Origin: an uncultured bacterium
GTDB lineage: Bacteria; Fidelibacterota; UBA2242
Length of the DNA: 59,749 nt
Assembly (NCBI GenBank): GCA_964485475.1
Contig: CAZAKB010000002.1
Span: forward strand, 1-59,749
Reading direction: 5' to 3'
Below are positions 27,681 to 38,102 of the stretch, one piece after another. The notes under the pieces are model-generated. The model had not been told where the DNA came from. It saw only the letters and a program-made list of their open reading frames with translations, and made no database searches. The translations under genes and the position numbers were made by a program. Each line of letters begins with the position of its first letter. Position 1 is the first letter of the stretch.

Positions 27681-30470
27681 TTATTTATGCTTAACGAGTA
27701 GGGTCATGATTTTTTTTCTGGCGACTTTTAATTTAACAATATTTGGTTCAATTAATTCAATTTTTGAAATAATCTCTTCATTCAAACGAACAATGTATAC
27801 TTCTCTGACCGGGAATTTACAGATTAATTTTCCGGTGACTTCCAGATCGGACGGATTATAGAACCGAAAAATTACACCATCTCCGGATTCGGCTTTTTTG
27901 ATAGCCGTCAGATACAATGATTCGGGTTCTAATTTCAGAAATGATTCACATTTCCCCAGTCCTATGCCTTTGTATCGTCCATGATGAACACTCAGTGTCG
28001 GGTATTTATGTTCCCGTTCATAACGCTGTACATTTGCGCTATTCCAGTTACCAGTATAAAAACAGAGTGCCAGGTTAAAGTAATGGTGTCCCGGACATTG
28101 TGAGCCTTCGTTACCAACCCTGACAACCAGGTCTTCACGACCAATTCCTGACATTTTCGGATAACCAAAGGCCCTTAATAACGTCAGGGCAACACTGCCA
28201 CTCTCATTATCCAGCACTTCATATTCAGCCAATCCCAGATTCAGAACGGCCATTCCGCGATCACCATTTTCCACATAGACACCGCCATTATTCGGCTGAG
28301 TCCCGGTATATGGTTCCAGCCAGTCGCGAGTATCAGGCAATGACACTTCCCGCTCCAAGACATCAAATTGCCCACTGGCGATGGATTTCCCCGGGCGAAA
28401 ACCACTGTCGAAAAGCATCCTCAAACGATGATCCTTGACTGTATTATCCAAATCAATTCTGATATGTAATTTGGGACCATTGTGTTTGAGTGTGACCGTT
28501 GCATTGATCGGAAGTTCTTTCTCCCAATCGCTGCGTTTTTTAGTTGCTCGCACCAACTCAGATGGCAATCGCATTTTTATTTTGATTTCGAAGGATGTCA
28601 GTAAGGGGCCATCGCTGATTCGTTTAATTTCGGCGGCCGTTCCCAGCGAATTTAGCGTCGAATTACTGTCACCTACTGGTGGTGTATGGGTCCATGGATC
28701 ACCGGATTCACCGGTATCTTCAAACCAAAGAATATTGGGATAGTTTTCACCGCTGATCTTGTCGGTAACTGTTAGCGTTCCGTTGGATTCAATTTTCACT
28801 CTCAGATACTGATTTTCCATTGTATTGGTAGCAGTGATCTGAGAGCCATAATTGGATTTGCGGCCTTCCTCCGGTTTTACAATAAATGTTTTATAACCGA
28901 CTGCCGGAATATTTTGGGCATCTAAGGCCACTTTCCATTTTGTCGTCAGATAATTGCTTGGTATTTCATGGGGTTCAATGGGTATAAGGTAACTTTCTTC
29001 CCGTGAGATGACCTGATGTTCGATTTTCTTCCCATTATTATCATAAACTGAAAACGCCCGAACACCCATATCTCTAGGAAAATCGATATAGACTTCCGGA
29101 ACATCATCTCGATCAAAAGAAAGGGGATTAAAAACGGTAACCATTACATCCTGCTGGTCCGCATCCGAAGTATCAATACAAGATACAATTCCGCCAAGCG
29201 CGTTTTTGGTAATAGATTTCCCGATGATATCCACCTGATCGAAGCGGTATTCCATGTCCTTATGAATCTGGTCCGGACTCAATCCACCAATCGCATCATG
29301 AGAATGGTTAGATAACAGCATTTTCCAGGCATTGATCATTGAATTTTCGGGATAGTTTACCTGCTCCAGAAGTTCCGCCATTACGGAAAATGGTTCAGCC
29401 CATTGAATCAGCGAACGTTCAACTTCGGCATTACGTTTTTTAATGTATACTCTTGACGACAACGATTCTTTCAGAAAGGCATTAAACATATTATCAGGGC
29501 TCGGGTGGCGACGCTCCCCCTTGAGGACAGTCAATCTTTCCGGCTGGATTTGTGAGTTCAAATCAGCCAGAAAATTCGGCAACGAACTGTGAATAAAATT
29601 CCAATCGGGATTAACCTTATTTGCCTCTTCAAGGATTAATGGAAGATGTTTATTCGGATAAGCACTGTCCATTCCATCAAAAAGTACCAGACAATCAGAA
29701 GTTGCCTGTTCAAGAATATCATTCATAGCGGCCTGAATGCCCGGTTTGACATTTTCAAGATTACAGGTATCGCCATAGGGTGAACGAATCACCTGCGGTT
29801 CTTCTTCGTGGTCTTCGTCAGCCCGGTTCAGGTGGAACGGTAGACATCCTTCTTCTCCCCAGCGAAAACCCGGAAAATCCTTCGAATGCATTGTAGCCCG
29901 AGCAACATAGATGAAAAACGCTCCCCGGCTGACATGTCGACTCAGACGAATTCCCAGAATACGGGTTCCATCTGGCGATTCCAGAAAATACTCGTTGGTT
30001 CCTTCAGTATAATGAATTCCACGATAGAATATAATCCCGTCGATTCCAAATCCCGCGTAGAGTTGCGCCATTTGCGATATCTGTCCATAGGATGTAGGCG
30101 TATATCCGATTTTTGATGTTTTTCCAAATGAATCACCAACCCGTTTTCCCATCAATAGATTGCGCACCAGTGATTCAGCATTGACGGTAAACTCTTCGGG
30201 CAATGTATACCAGGGTCCGATAATTAACCGACCCGCCTTAATTAAAGATTCCAGCCTTGAGCGGTTTTCCGGTCTGATTTCAAGATAATCATCCAAAAAA
30301 ATGGTCTGGGAATCAAAATTAAAATATTTGTACTCCGGATTTATTTCCATCAAATCCAGAAGTTTATCTAATAACCTGACAAGGTGAAGTCTGGTTTCCT
30401 GGAGTGGAAAGCGCCATTCGCGATCCCAGTGTGTATTTGATAAAACATGTATTGTCTTTTTCTGTCCCAT
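27681..30470 (-). CDS. GH38 alpha-mannosidase (paralog 3), no signal peptide
   Basis: 929 aa with IHVLSNTHWDREWRFPLQETR and NHSHDAIGG motifs. Confidence 0.9.
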   Translation of the reverse strand: MGQKKTIHVLSNTHWDREWRFPLQETRLHLVRLLDKLLDLMEINPEYKYFNFDSQTIFLDDYLEIRPENRSRLESLIKAGRLIIGPWYTLPEEFTVNAESLVRNLLMGKRVGDSFGKTSKIGYTPTSYGQISQMAQLYAGFGIDGIIFYRGIHYTEGTNEYFLESPDGTRILGIRLSRHVSRGAFFIYVARATMHSKDFPGFRWGEEGCLPFHLNRADEDHEEEPQVIRSPYGDTCNLENVKPGIQAAMNDILEQATSDCLVLFDGMDSAYPNKHLPLILEEANKVNPDWNFIHSSLPNFLADLNSQIQPERLTVLKGERRHPSPDNMFNAFLKESLSSRVYIKKRNAEVERSLIQWAEPFSVMAELLEQVNYPENSMINAWKMLLSNHSHDAIGGLSPDQIHKDMEYRFDQVDIIGKSITKNALGGIVSCIDTSDADQQDVMVTVFNPLSFDRDDVPEVYIDFPRDMGVRAFSVYDNNGKKIEHQVISREESYLIPIEPHEIPSNYLTTKWKVALDAQNIPAVGYKTFIVKPEEGRKSNYGSQITATNTMENQYLRVKIESNGTLTVTDKISGENYPNILWFEDTGESGDPWTHTPPVGDSNSTLNSLGTAAEIKRISDGPLLTSFEIKIKMRLPSELVRATKKRSDWEKELPINATVTLKHNGPKLHIRIDLDNTVKDHRLRMLFDSGFRPGKSIASGQFDVLEREVSLPDTRDWLEPYTGTQPNNGGVYVENGDRGMAVLNLGLAEYEVLDNESGSVALTLLRAFGYPKMSGIGREDLVVRVGNEGSQCPGHHYFNLALCFYTGNWNSANVQRYEREHKYPTLSVHHGRYKGIGLGKCESFLKLEPESLYLTAIKKAESGDGVIFRFYNPSDLEVTGKLICKFPVREVYIVRLNEEIISKIELIEPNIVKLKVARKKIMTLLVKHK

Positions 30471-30493
30471 TACAATATCCTAATTTTCAAAAT

Positions 30494-31468
30494 TTAATAA
30501 TTACGATTCTTTATCCAGATTTCCTGAATCAGGTCATAGCTCTCCAGCGGCATTCCTCTGAAAACACAGTTCGATGTTGAAAAAATATACCCACCGCCGG
30601 GTTTAGCGTGGGTCAGGCAATACTCCGCGCTCTTATGGACCTGTTCCGGTGTTCCGGTTTGCATTAATGAACAATCAACATTCCCACAGAGTGCAATTTT
30701 ATCGCCGTATTTCTCTTTGATTTCTTTTATATCGACTCCAGCCATGGGATCCAGAGAATGCAACGCGTGAGGTCCGGCATCCAGCAGGTAGTGAAGGATT
30801 GGCATAATATTGCCATCGGTATGTTTAATGACATAGGCGCCCGCTTTGCGAAAATACTGGACGGCCTCCTTTAAATAGGGTGCAATAAATTCTTCGAATT
30901 GGGCCGGACTGATGAAAGGTCCAGCATTGAAACAATAATCACAACATAAAATAAATCCATCGGCTCCATTTTCCAGCATTTCATGACAGCGGGCAAAACT
31001 ATCTTCCACGTTTTTATTGGCTACGTCGTGCATAAATTCAGGTCTATCGATCAAATCAAAACAGAATTGTTCCATATTGTTAAAAGGTATCATGAATGTT
31101 GGGTCGTTGTGACACATTAACATGTATTCATCCCCGGATATTTCACGAATTTCTCGGATTGTGTCACGTACACCGGATTCTATCTTATTTTCATGTTTTC
31201 CCATTGTCCGGTTGATAAATATTATTGAGTGATCATACCGTCTGGCCACATCCACATAGAGTCGCGCATTATATTTTACTTTGTCAGTATAGGACATTCC
31301 GCTGACATCGGGATCCACCGGACCGCCAATCCAGGTTCGGCCCTGAAAATCCCGCTCCGTTTCGTCAAACACCAGTTCGAACGTCGGTACAAAATCCGGT
31401 ATCCCGCCATCCAATACTATCCGGGCACGCTCACGATGTTTCATATTCAAAACTCCAATTTCCGGCAC
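30494..31468 (-). CDS. URO-D/MtaA-like protein, paralog C (H-T-D-G variant)
   Basis: 324 aa with VIKHTDGNIMPILHYLLDAGPHALHSLDP and KIALCGNVD blocks that are collinear with the other paralogs. Confidence 0.75.
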   Translation of the reverse strand: MPEIGVLNMKHRERARIVLDGGIPDFVPTFELVFDETERDFQGRTWIGGPVDPDVSGMSYTDKVKYNARLYVDVARRYDHSIIFINRTMGKHENKIESGVRDTIREIREISGDEYMLMCHNDPTFMIPFNNMEQFCFDLIDRPEFMHDVANKNVEDSFARCHEMLENGADGFILCCDYCFNAGPFISPAQFEEFIAPYLKEAVQYFRKAGAYVIKHTDGNIMPILHYLLDAGPHALHSLDPMAGVDIKEIKEKYGDKIALCGNVDCSLMQTGTPEQVHKSAEYCLTHAKPGGGYIFSTSNCVFRGMPLESYDLIQEIWIKNRNY

Positions 31469-31479
31469 TTGGCTTTCAC

Positions 31480-32475
31480 TTATAATATCACTGATAATAT
31501 TTCACTAAAATCATGGCAATAGTGACTGCAAAGTCCCTTTGTGCCACTCTTTTCAATGTTACCACCTGCAAATCCGATCGGGCTGAAGCCCGCCAACCGA
31601 ATAGACGAAACACCGGCACCACTATCTTCAATTCCCACTACATGCTGACGTTGATCAAAGGTAATCCCCAAACCGACCCGCGCCACTTCGGCATAAAGCC
31701 AGGGATGAGGTTTGGGTGATAACTCACCTAAGGTTCCAGGTGTTCCCTTTCCAACCAGAAATCCGGCTGTTATAATCGCATCATAAAATTCCGCCGGATC
31801 ACCCATGCCCAGATTCTGAAAAGCCGATAATATTTCGGGATAGGCTTTTTCATAGAGTCCGGATGTGACTAGCCCAATCTTTATTCGATGTGCTTTCAAC
31901 GTTAATAAAAAATCCTTTAATCCCGGCGTCGGCACAAACGCATCTTTTCGACCGTTACCTTTAAGTATCGCATTCATTTCCCGACGTGTATGCTCAATGT
32001 AATATGCTCGGGCATCCTCAACCGTTTTTTCAGGACAGTATTTGCCAATACAATATTGTAAATGTTCGGAAACGCTGTGTCCGGATACGTAGGGAATATC
32101 GGCATTCTCAAGTTCGAATTTTGGATTTGCGATGAGGCTGGCAATACTAATCTGAATAATCCAGACCCAGAATTCTTCACTATGGACACTGGTTCCATCA
32201 AGGTCCATCAGGACAGCCTTAACAGGTTTTTCCATGGATACCGGGTAAACCGGGTAATAAGCCGGGTATCCCATTGCGGACAATACAAAGGCTAAAGTGT
32301 GTTCTTCAAACACAATAAACTCAACTTTTCGGTCACCGGTTGCCAAAATCTGTTTTACGCCCATTTTCCCTACACGATGATAATCATCGGAGGATTGATC
32401 GATATTGATCAGCCCGGAGTTCAGACTGATCTGTCCAAGGCCCGGCAAATCGATTTTTTTTGACATTGATTTCAC
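31480..32475 (-). CDS. HAD-superfamily hydrolase (phosphatase / beta-phosphoglucomutase-like) with a roughly 85-aa N-terminal extension
   Basis: 331 aa. Motif I is LMDLDGT, and the motif III/IV region is GIEDSGAGV. Confidence 0.75.
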   Translation of the reverse strand: MKSMSKKIDLPGLGQISLNSGLINIDQSSDDYHRVGKMGVKQILATGDRKVEFIVFEEHTLAFVLSAMGYPAYYPVYPVSMEKPVKAVLMDLDGTSVHSEEFWVWIIQISIASLIANPKFELENADIPYVSGHSVSEHLQYCIGKYCPEKTVEDARAYYIEHTRREMNAILKGNGRKDAFVPTPGLKDFLLTLKAHRIKIGLVTSGLYEKAYPEILSAFQNLGMGDPAEFYDAIITAGFLVGKGTPGTLGELSPKPHPWLYAEVARVGLGITFDQRQHVVGIEDSGAGVSSIRLAGFSPIGFAGGNIEKSGTKGLCSHYCHDFSEILSVIL

Positions 32476-32510
32476 TAATTACTTTCTATTTATATAAACC
32501 CGCATTCAGG

Positions 32511-33626
32511 TTATTCAAATGCTACGCGAATGAGATGTGGATAATATTCTTCAAATTCAATATACGTAATATAGATCGTTTTGCCATTATCTTCGGCTAA
32601 TTCAGGGTGCTCTTTGCCCGCATAGATCAAACAACTGTATGGTAATTTTACTGAATCATCGACATTCACCGTGTACAATGCAACCGGTTCACTCCAGGGT
32701 CCCCAGGGATTTAAAGCCGTTCGGCCGACAATCTTTGCGGAGGTCATGAATGAATGCACTGCCAGATAACGTTTCAGATAATGATTATAGGAAACCGAAA
32801 CTTCGCTCGGTGCATCGGAAAAAATACTCATTGCGTCGTTAATATTTTTACTCCATTCCGGCTTCGATGAGCGTAGATATTCATATTTGGAATAATCCTC
32901 AATATCATTCACTGCAACTCTTGCGACATAACAACGCTGAACACCGGATGAATCCATTAACACACCATAAAAGTAGAGGCGGTTATGATTGGAATCTTTT
33001 AAAATGCATGAGCCAAAATGAGGTGCATTTTTCGGCCACCAGATATAGTCGTCTGCTTTCAACAGACGTTTAAACGTCCAGGTTTGAGGATCACCCACAA
33101 CCAGGCCAGATCCGATAATTTCAAAATTCACCGGTAAAAGTTTACTGCCATCATCTGATCCGGTCAAAAAACCGTGTGGAAGCATTCGCACTTTAATAAA
33201 TGATAGGTACAATTTTCCGTCTGTAAAGACACCGTGCTGGCACCAGATTCTATCTTTGTCTTTATCTTTATCCTGAAGCAATGGAATCAGGGTTTTCAAT
33301 TTACCGTTTTCATCAAGAATGTACCGGTAATCATTTAAAACACTCTCAACACCACCATCATGGGAAACCAGTAAACCGGTGTTACAGAACATGTGCTGAA
33401 TAGTACCCTTACCGCTCATATTCTCAGGGGGTAACGGTTGTCCATTGGGAAACCAGAGACTTTCACCGGGAATCCTTTTTCCAATCAGAGTATCTCCGAA
33501 AAACCACAATGTCTGGCTCGGCATCGGAATGGAAAAAGCCCCATCCTGCCCGATCATCCGATGGGGATTTTCAACAAACAGTGGCCCCAAATCTTTCGTA
33601 TTGATTACATTAAGTGACTTCATCAC
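32511..33626 (-). CDS. Cytoplasmic DUF4185-like beta-propeller protein (putative glycosidase)
   Basis: 371 aa with no leader. It has TLWFFGDTLIG and a C-terminal YYPHLIRV, paralogous to 3788-4921 and to the core of 41234-43237. Confidence 0.55.
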   Translation of the reverse strand: MMKSLNVINTKDLGPLFVENPHRMIGQDGAFSIPMPSQTLWFFGDTLIGKRIPGESLWFPNGQPLPPENMSGKGTIQHMFCNTGLLVSHDGGVESVLNDYRYILDENGKLKTLIPLLQDKDKDKDRIWCQHGVFTDGKLYLSFIKVRMLPHGFLTGSDDGSKLLPVNFEIIGSGLVVGDPQTWTFKRLLKADDYIWWPKNAPHFGSCILKDSNHNRLYFYGVLMDSSGVQRCYVARVAVNDIEDYSKYEYLRSSKPEWSKNINDAMSIFSDAPSEVSVSYNHYLKRYLAVHSFMTSAKIVGRTALNPWGPWSEPVALYTVNVDDSVKLPYSCLIYAGKEHPELAEDNGKTIYITYIEFEEYYPHLIRVAFE

Positions 33627-33665
33627 TCCGCATTTCTTTTTGTATTATCTGACATATGTATTATA

Positions 33666-33687
33666 GGGGCGGGATTGTACCTGCCCC
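33666..33687 (-). terminator. GC-rich hairpin in the only sizeable gap (86 nt) of the 34-kb co-directional gene array; possible terminator/attenuator or RNA processing site
   Basis: GGGGCGGG (33666-33673) pairs with CCTGCCCC (33680-33687) around a 6-nt loop. On the minus-strand RNA this gives 5 GC pairs, one mismatch and 2 more pairs. There is no clear U-tract, so the call is weak. Confidence 0.3.
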
Positions 33688-33712
33688 CATAATTGTCTCA
33701 CAAGGTGCAAAC

Positions 33713-34576
33713 TTACTTAGAAAGTACCATTTTCATGGTCTGCGAAAATTTGTCCGTCTGCAATTTGTAAAAATAAATACCACTGGCCAGATTTGATCCG
33801 TCAAGTGTGACATTATAACTGCCCGCTCCGCGATAATCGTCCACCAGTTTCGCCACTTCGTGTCCCATCATATCAAATACCGACAGGGTTACAAAGGAAT
33901 TTTCAGGAATTTCAAACTGAATATTTGTTGTCGGGTTGAATGGATTCGGAAAGTTCTGGGACAATTTGAATTCGTTGACCATTGGAACTTCATCATCCAC
34001 AGCCGTACCGCCGGTGACTGTAATGGAGTTGTCCAGACTTACATCCATGTAACCTTCTTCCGTATAATCAAGATTCGCCATCGTCAACAAGTAACCAAGG
34101 TTAAAGGTCCCATTGGTATTGCCAACCGTCATACCAATTAACACATCAAACCAGAGTGTATCGGATGCCACCGGTTGGTTGTGCGCTTCGATCCCCTGAA
34201 AAAAGACCCATTTCAAATCATCGCCACTTGGATAATGAGCTTCTGTTGAATCATACCAGGCCTGAGCCACTTTGTAAGGACCCACAGTGTCCCGTAATAC
34301 CGTTTCTGTGGTCAACAGTTCGCAAGTACCTTCGTAATCGCCTTCGTAAGTTACCGTATTCAAAATAAAATCGTTGGGAACCATAACACCAAAGAGCATA
34401 TGACGTTCGACATCATCTTTGTCGTTAGTTGTACAGGTAACGGTAATAGCGATCTCTTCTCCAGCAGTCGCACTGGACGGTTGGTCAACTTCGTGAATGG
34501 TAAAACATCCCATCATTAAAATGGTGATTACCACAACAGCCAATACCAATGTCTTGTTAGTAGCATTAGTTTTCAT
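33713..34576 (-). CDS. Secreted protein with T9SS C-terminal sorting domain (putative surface glycan-binding protein)
   Basis: The start is moved to ATG 34576, which is preceded by AAAGGAGGC. The leader is VLAVVVITILMMGC. The C-terminal LSQNFPNPFNPTTNIQF...GIYFYKLQTDKFSQTMKMVLSK is a classic type A T9SS CTD. Confidence 0.7.
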   Translation of the reverse strand: MKTNATNKTLVLAVVVITILMMGCFTIHEVDQPSSATAGEEIAITVTCTTNDKDDVERHMLFGVMVPNDFILNTVTYEGDYEGTCELLTTETVLRDTVGPYKVAQAWYDSTEAHYPSGDDLKWVFFQGIEAHNQPVASDTLWFDVLIGMTVGNTNGTFNLGYLLTMANLDYTEEGYMDVSLDNSITVTGGTAVDDEVPMVNEFKLSQNFPNPFNPTTNIQFEIPENSFVTLSVFDMMGHEVAKLVDDYRGAGSYNVTLDGSNLASGIYFYKLQTDKFSQTMKMVLSK

Positions 34577-34670
34577 TTCAGCCTCCTTTGTTTGTTTGCG
34601 GTTAGCATTCTTAATTCGTGATTTCCAAAATTGTCTAAATACATCCATTCTCTTCTATTAATTGCTTCTG

Positions 34671-37600
34671 TCATTTTACTGTCAACAAATAAACAGTATT
34701 GCCGGGAATAGTTATGTTGATTCTATTATTTAAAATCGGAATCATTGCGTGAGTATTATCTAAGCAGTCTGTTAAAACAATTTCACGGTTTTTAAAAAAA
34801 TCCGACTGTATAATCACGTTTTCAGCATGCACTGGATTGCAATTTAATAATTCCATCTGCCAAGTATTTTGTCCAGCCGTTTTTCTAAGATTATACAAAA
34901 TGACATTACTATTACTAAATGTGAAATAACTTCCAGTCGGCTTGCTGGTAGAAAACCAGCCTTGTTGCAGCAGCGGAGTTGTTAGAGTTTCCCATCCAAA
35001 TTTAGTGGACAATCCTGCCCTAAATTCAGCTTCCGCCAGAGTGAGACTATACCGTAAAATTAGTTTACCTGAATTGTCCTGTCGACGATTCCACTGCTCC
35101 GGAAAATTATTGACGACATTTGAGATTAGTACCGGTCGCTTATTGTCATATTCAAGACGGACAACCCTGCAATCCATCGACGCCCAAATCAAGGATGACG
35201 ATTTATCCGATAAGGCCACGGTTCTCCGAATTGAGTAGGCATTGTGTTCAATTCCTGGCAAACGATCTTTTTCAGGGTCTAAAAACCCACCAATAATTTC
35301 AATCATAGCCTGGGCGTTTTTTAACTCAAAGGGAAATGCCAATCCATATTCTTCCACAATATCAGTTTTCGATAATTTGGACAGATCGACAGATTGATCC
35401 ACATCGATTTTCTCCATTTCCGACCAAAGAATAAAATCGGTCGCCTCAAAGAGTTCGTTCTCGTATTGCACTCTTAACACCAAACGGACTGGTCGTTCGT
35501 CGATAATTTCCCATCGAGCATTGCCCTGTTCCACAGATTTAAAGCCATCATGCTGAGTACCCCGTTTAAGAACCGGCTGGGCAAAATGATACTGGTCTGT
35601 GTTCCCTATTAGATTACGCCGGGTATTTTTATCAATTATCCCGCTGATCCGATTATTATTAATATCGTATTTAATTAGATAGAAGCGGTTTTCGATACTA
35701 TTTTCCGTCAGGATCAGATCGGAATCGGATACCTGGGTCGTTTTTAATGTCGGTTTCATCTGGTATTTTTTAAATCCCAATGACGGTAAATCCCGAGCTA
35801 TAAACCAGACTTTATGCCCTTCTGCAAAATGCGGAACAGAGTTTCCGGTGGATAAGTCATAAATGTCAAACGACAGATCACGACCTTCACGAAAGTGCAA
35901 TTCAACAACTCTGTCACATTTCCAGGACAGGGAATTAAAAACTATCACTCCTTCAGTCTCAAAACTGGCATGTGGCACCGCAAACCGATACACTGCGCGT
36001 TGTCGTAATTCTTCAGCCTGAAGTTCGGCCTGATCAATGTATCCCTTTCGAAAAGCCATCGTACTTATATTATCTTCCGGTGAGCCAAATCCGAATTCCA
36101 ATCCCGACCCATGCCCGGAGAAATTCAGCAGTAATTCATAACAGTTTTGAAACATCGAACATTGCGGTTCGACCGATGAATCTAGGAGCCAGTTAATCGT
36201 TGACAATTTTTCTACAGAAAGCAAATCATGCTGGATTTTTCGGTAGCGAATAAACTCTTTCGGTTCGCTTTGGTACAGGATATCCCAATCAGACGTCCAG
36301 TCGCCTTTTAATACCGGAAGTTGGTCTGAGTATTGTGCTTCAAATTCAGCGGCAAACTCACCAAGCGTTGCAGACCGGAATTTCGGATATTCGTATATTG
36401 AATTCCATGTGTTGATCATACTATACTGATCATTGGGAATTCCAGCATTATCACTAAAGACTGTATTAATCAGCACTTTTTCATAAGGATAATCATACGC
36501 CTTCAAACGGTTTATTTTTTTCCAAATCAATTGTTCGACGGCCTGCGGCGATTTCTCCATCCCAAGGTAACGACCTTCAGTATAGGCATTTGTTATATAG
36601 GTCATTACTCGCGAATCATCAGCGCCTTCCCAGTAAAACACTTTTGGCAATTCCCGCTGTAAGCGGTAATCATTATAGATCTCATTTATTCCACAAGCCA
36701 GAAATCCAGTCCCGGTATTCTTCAGCATTTGAGGAATGATCCAGGACAAACCTGGCAAATCGTTAACCATTGCAGCGGAAAAATCAACTCCATAACGAGC
36801 ATGATATTCAGCTGCTTTATCAAAAGCGCGAATCATCTCTTCCCTGCTGATCCATCCCGTATAAGGATTCGTAAATATGGGTGACACTCCAATCTGTCCT
36901 GTTGAAACAAAACTCATAAATTCGTCAAATGTCGCCCTGGGAACTGTCTTTTCAAATAAATCCAATATCCAGGGTGTTTCCACCATCCAATGAAATTCCG
37001 AATCCTTCCGGCACTTGTCCAATACATCAAGCATTGTCTGTATATGACGTTCTTTCACAACCGGCTGAGTGTTTGTATAACCGATATCCATATGGGATGT
37101 CATTACTACATAAAATTCATAACGATTCTGCTGCTTCAGAATCTTCTTTTTCTTTATTTTCTGATCGTCAATGGTTGTGGTACAGGTGATTTGCTTGTCT
37201 TCTTCCAGAGCGGGTATGTAAATTTCCCGGCGATTTTCACCGCAGCTGATTTTATTAAAATCAAAATCGTATTGCTTACCATCAAACTCTAACATCAAGG
37301 TAGCGGATACGTCAGTAGCCAATGGTGAATAGATAGTAACGTCAATTCGCTGAAATAACTGATTGTCAATCTTTTTAAAGAAAAATGTTGATTCAAGGTC
37401 ACAGTTATATCTGTCATTCTTCGTGGGTTTTATCACCTGAATTCCAGATGGTACAGTTTGATCTGCATTCACAATTTTCAGGAAGAACTCCCACCCCCAG
37501 GGCGTTCCGCCAAACCAGTCGATGACCAGATTGTTCTGGGAATTACCGACCCGAACAAGAATATGATTTTCACCTTTTCGAAGTTGAACCGGTATCGAAT

Positions 37601-38102
37601 CCTGATCTGCAATTGCCCCACGTTCCCGGATGGACTGATAAATCGGAACACCATTCAACCAGATTTTCATCCGTGAGTTACTGCCAAGTAACAGCTTGGC
37701 GCTTTTTTTATTTTCACAAAATATTTTCGCCGATGCAAAGGCATCCGTCGCATACCAGAGTTTTTCAGGATTTCGACCAAGCCTGGTATGACCAATGATT
37801 GTGTTAAAATCCAGATACCCATCATTTTCGATTGATTGAACCTGCCAACTTACTACACCGGATTCAGCAAGACTACTTGATTCGGTTTTTCCCTCATAGG
37901 GTGCTATCGCGGTCTCATTGATTAAATCATCATCAGCTGCCTGACCAAAGCCGGTTAATGACTGTTCAAAGGGCCCCGCCACTAACCACACCGGAATATA
38001 TCCTGTATCCGCGAGCCCAAGGGAATCGGCAACGGCATCAGTTCCGCAAAGCATTGAAGCACATATCAGCAGGCCATAACCCGGCTTTGGGAATTTCATC
38101 AT
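34671..38102 (-). CDS. Exported GH38-like alpha-mannosidase (paralog 4) with a roughly 330-aa N-terminal jelly-roll-like extension
   Basis: The start is moved to ATG 38102 (MMKFPKPGYGLLICASMLCG leader), which overlaps the permease stop as ATGA. The GH38 core starts at YVVMTSHMDIGYTNTQ, a divergent version of the HWDREW block. Confidence 0.75.
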   Translation of the reverse strand: MMKFPKPGYGLLICASMLCGTDAVADSLGLADTGYIPVWLVAGPFEQSLTGFGQAADDDLINETAIAPYEGKTESSSLAESGVVSWQVQSIENDGYLDFNTIIGHTRLGRNPEKLWYATDAFASAKIFCENKKSAKLLLGSNSRMKIWLNGVPIYQSIRERGAIADQDSIPVQLRKGENHILVRVGNSQNNLVIDWFGGTPWGWEFFLKIVNADQTVPSGIQVIKPTKNDRYNCDLESTFFFKKIDNQLFQRIDVTIYSPLATDVSATLMLEFDGKQYDFDFNKISCGENRREIYIPALEEDKQITCTTTIDDQKIKKKKILKQQNRYEFYVVMTSHMDIGYTNTQPVVKERHIQTMLDVLDKCRKDSEFHWMVETPWILDLFEKTVPRATFDEFMSFVSTGQIGVSPIFTNPYTGWISREEMIRAFDKAAEYHARYGVDFSAAMVNDLPGLSWIIPQMLKNTGTGFLACGINEIYNDYRLQRELPKVFYWEGADDSRVMTYITNAYTEGRYLGMEKSPQAVEQLIWKKINRLKAYDYPYEKVLINTVFSDNAGIPNDQYSMINTWNSIYEYPKFRSATLGEFAAEFEAQYSDQLPVLKGDWTSDWDILYQSEPKEFIRYRKIQHDLLSVEKLSTINWLLDSSVEPQCSMFQNCYELLLNFSGHGSGLEFGFGSPEDNISTMAFRKGYIDQAELQAEELRQRAVYRFAVPHASFETEGVIVFNSLSWKCDRVVELHFREGRDLSFDIYDLSTGNSVPHFAEGHKVWFIARDLPSLGFKKYQMKPTLKTTQVSDSDLILTENSIENRFYLIKYDINNNRISGIIDKNTRRNLIGNTDQYHFAQPVLKRGTQHDGFKSVEQGNARWEIIDERPVRLVLRVQYENELFEATDFILWSEMEKIDVDQSVDLSKLSKTDIVEEYGLAFPFELKNAQAMIEIIGGFLDPEKDRLPGIEHNAYSIRRTVALSDKSSSLIWASMDCRVVRLEYDNKRPVLISNVVNNFPEQWNRRQDNSGKLILRYSLTLAEAEFRAGLSTKFGWETLTTPLLQQGWFSTSKPTGSYFTFSNSNVILYNLRKTAGQNTWQMELLNCNPVHAENVIIQSDFFKNREIVLTDCLDNTHAMIPILNNRINITIPGNTVYLLTVK

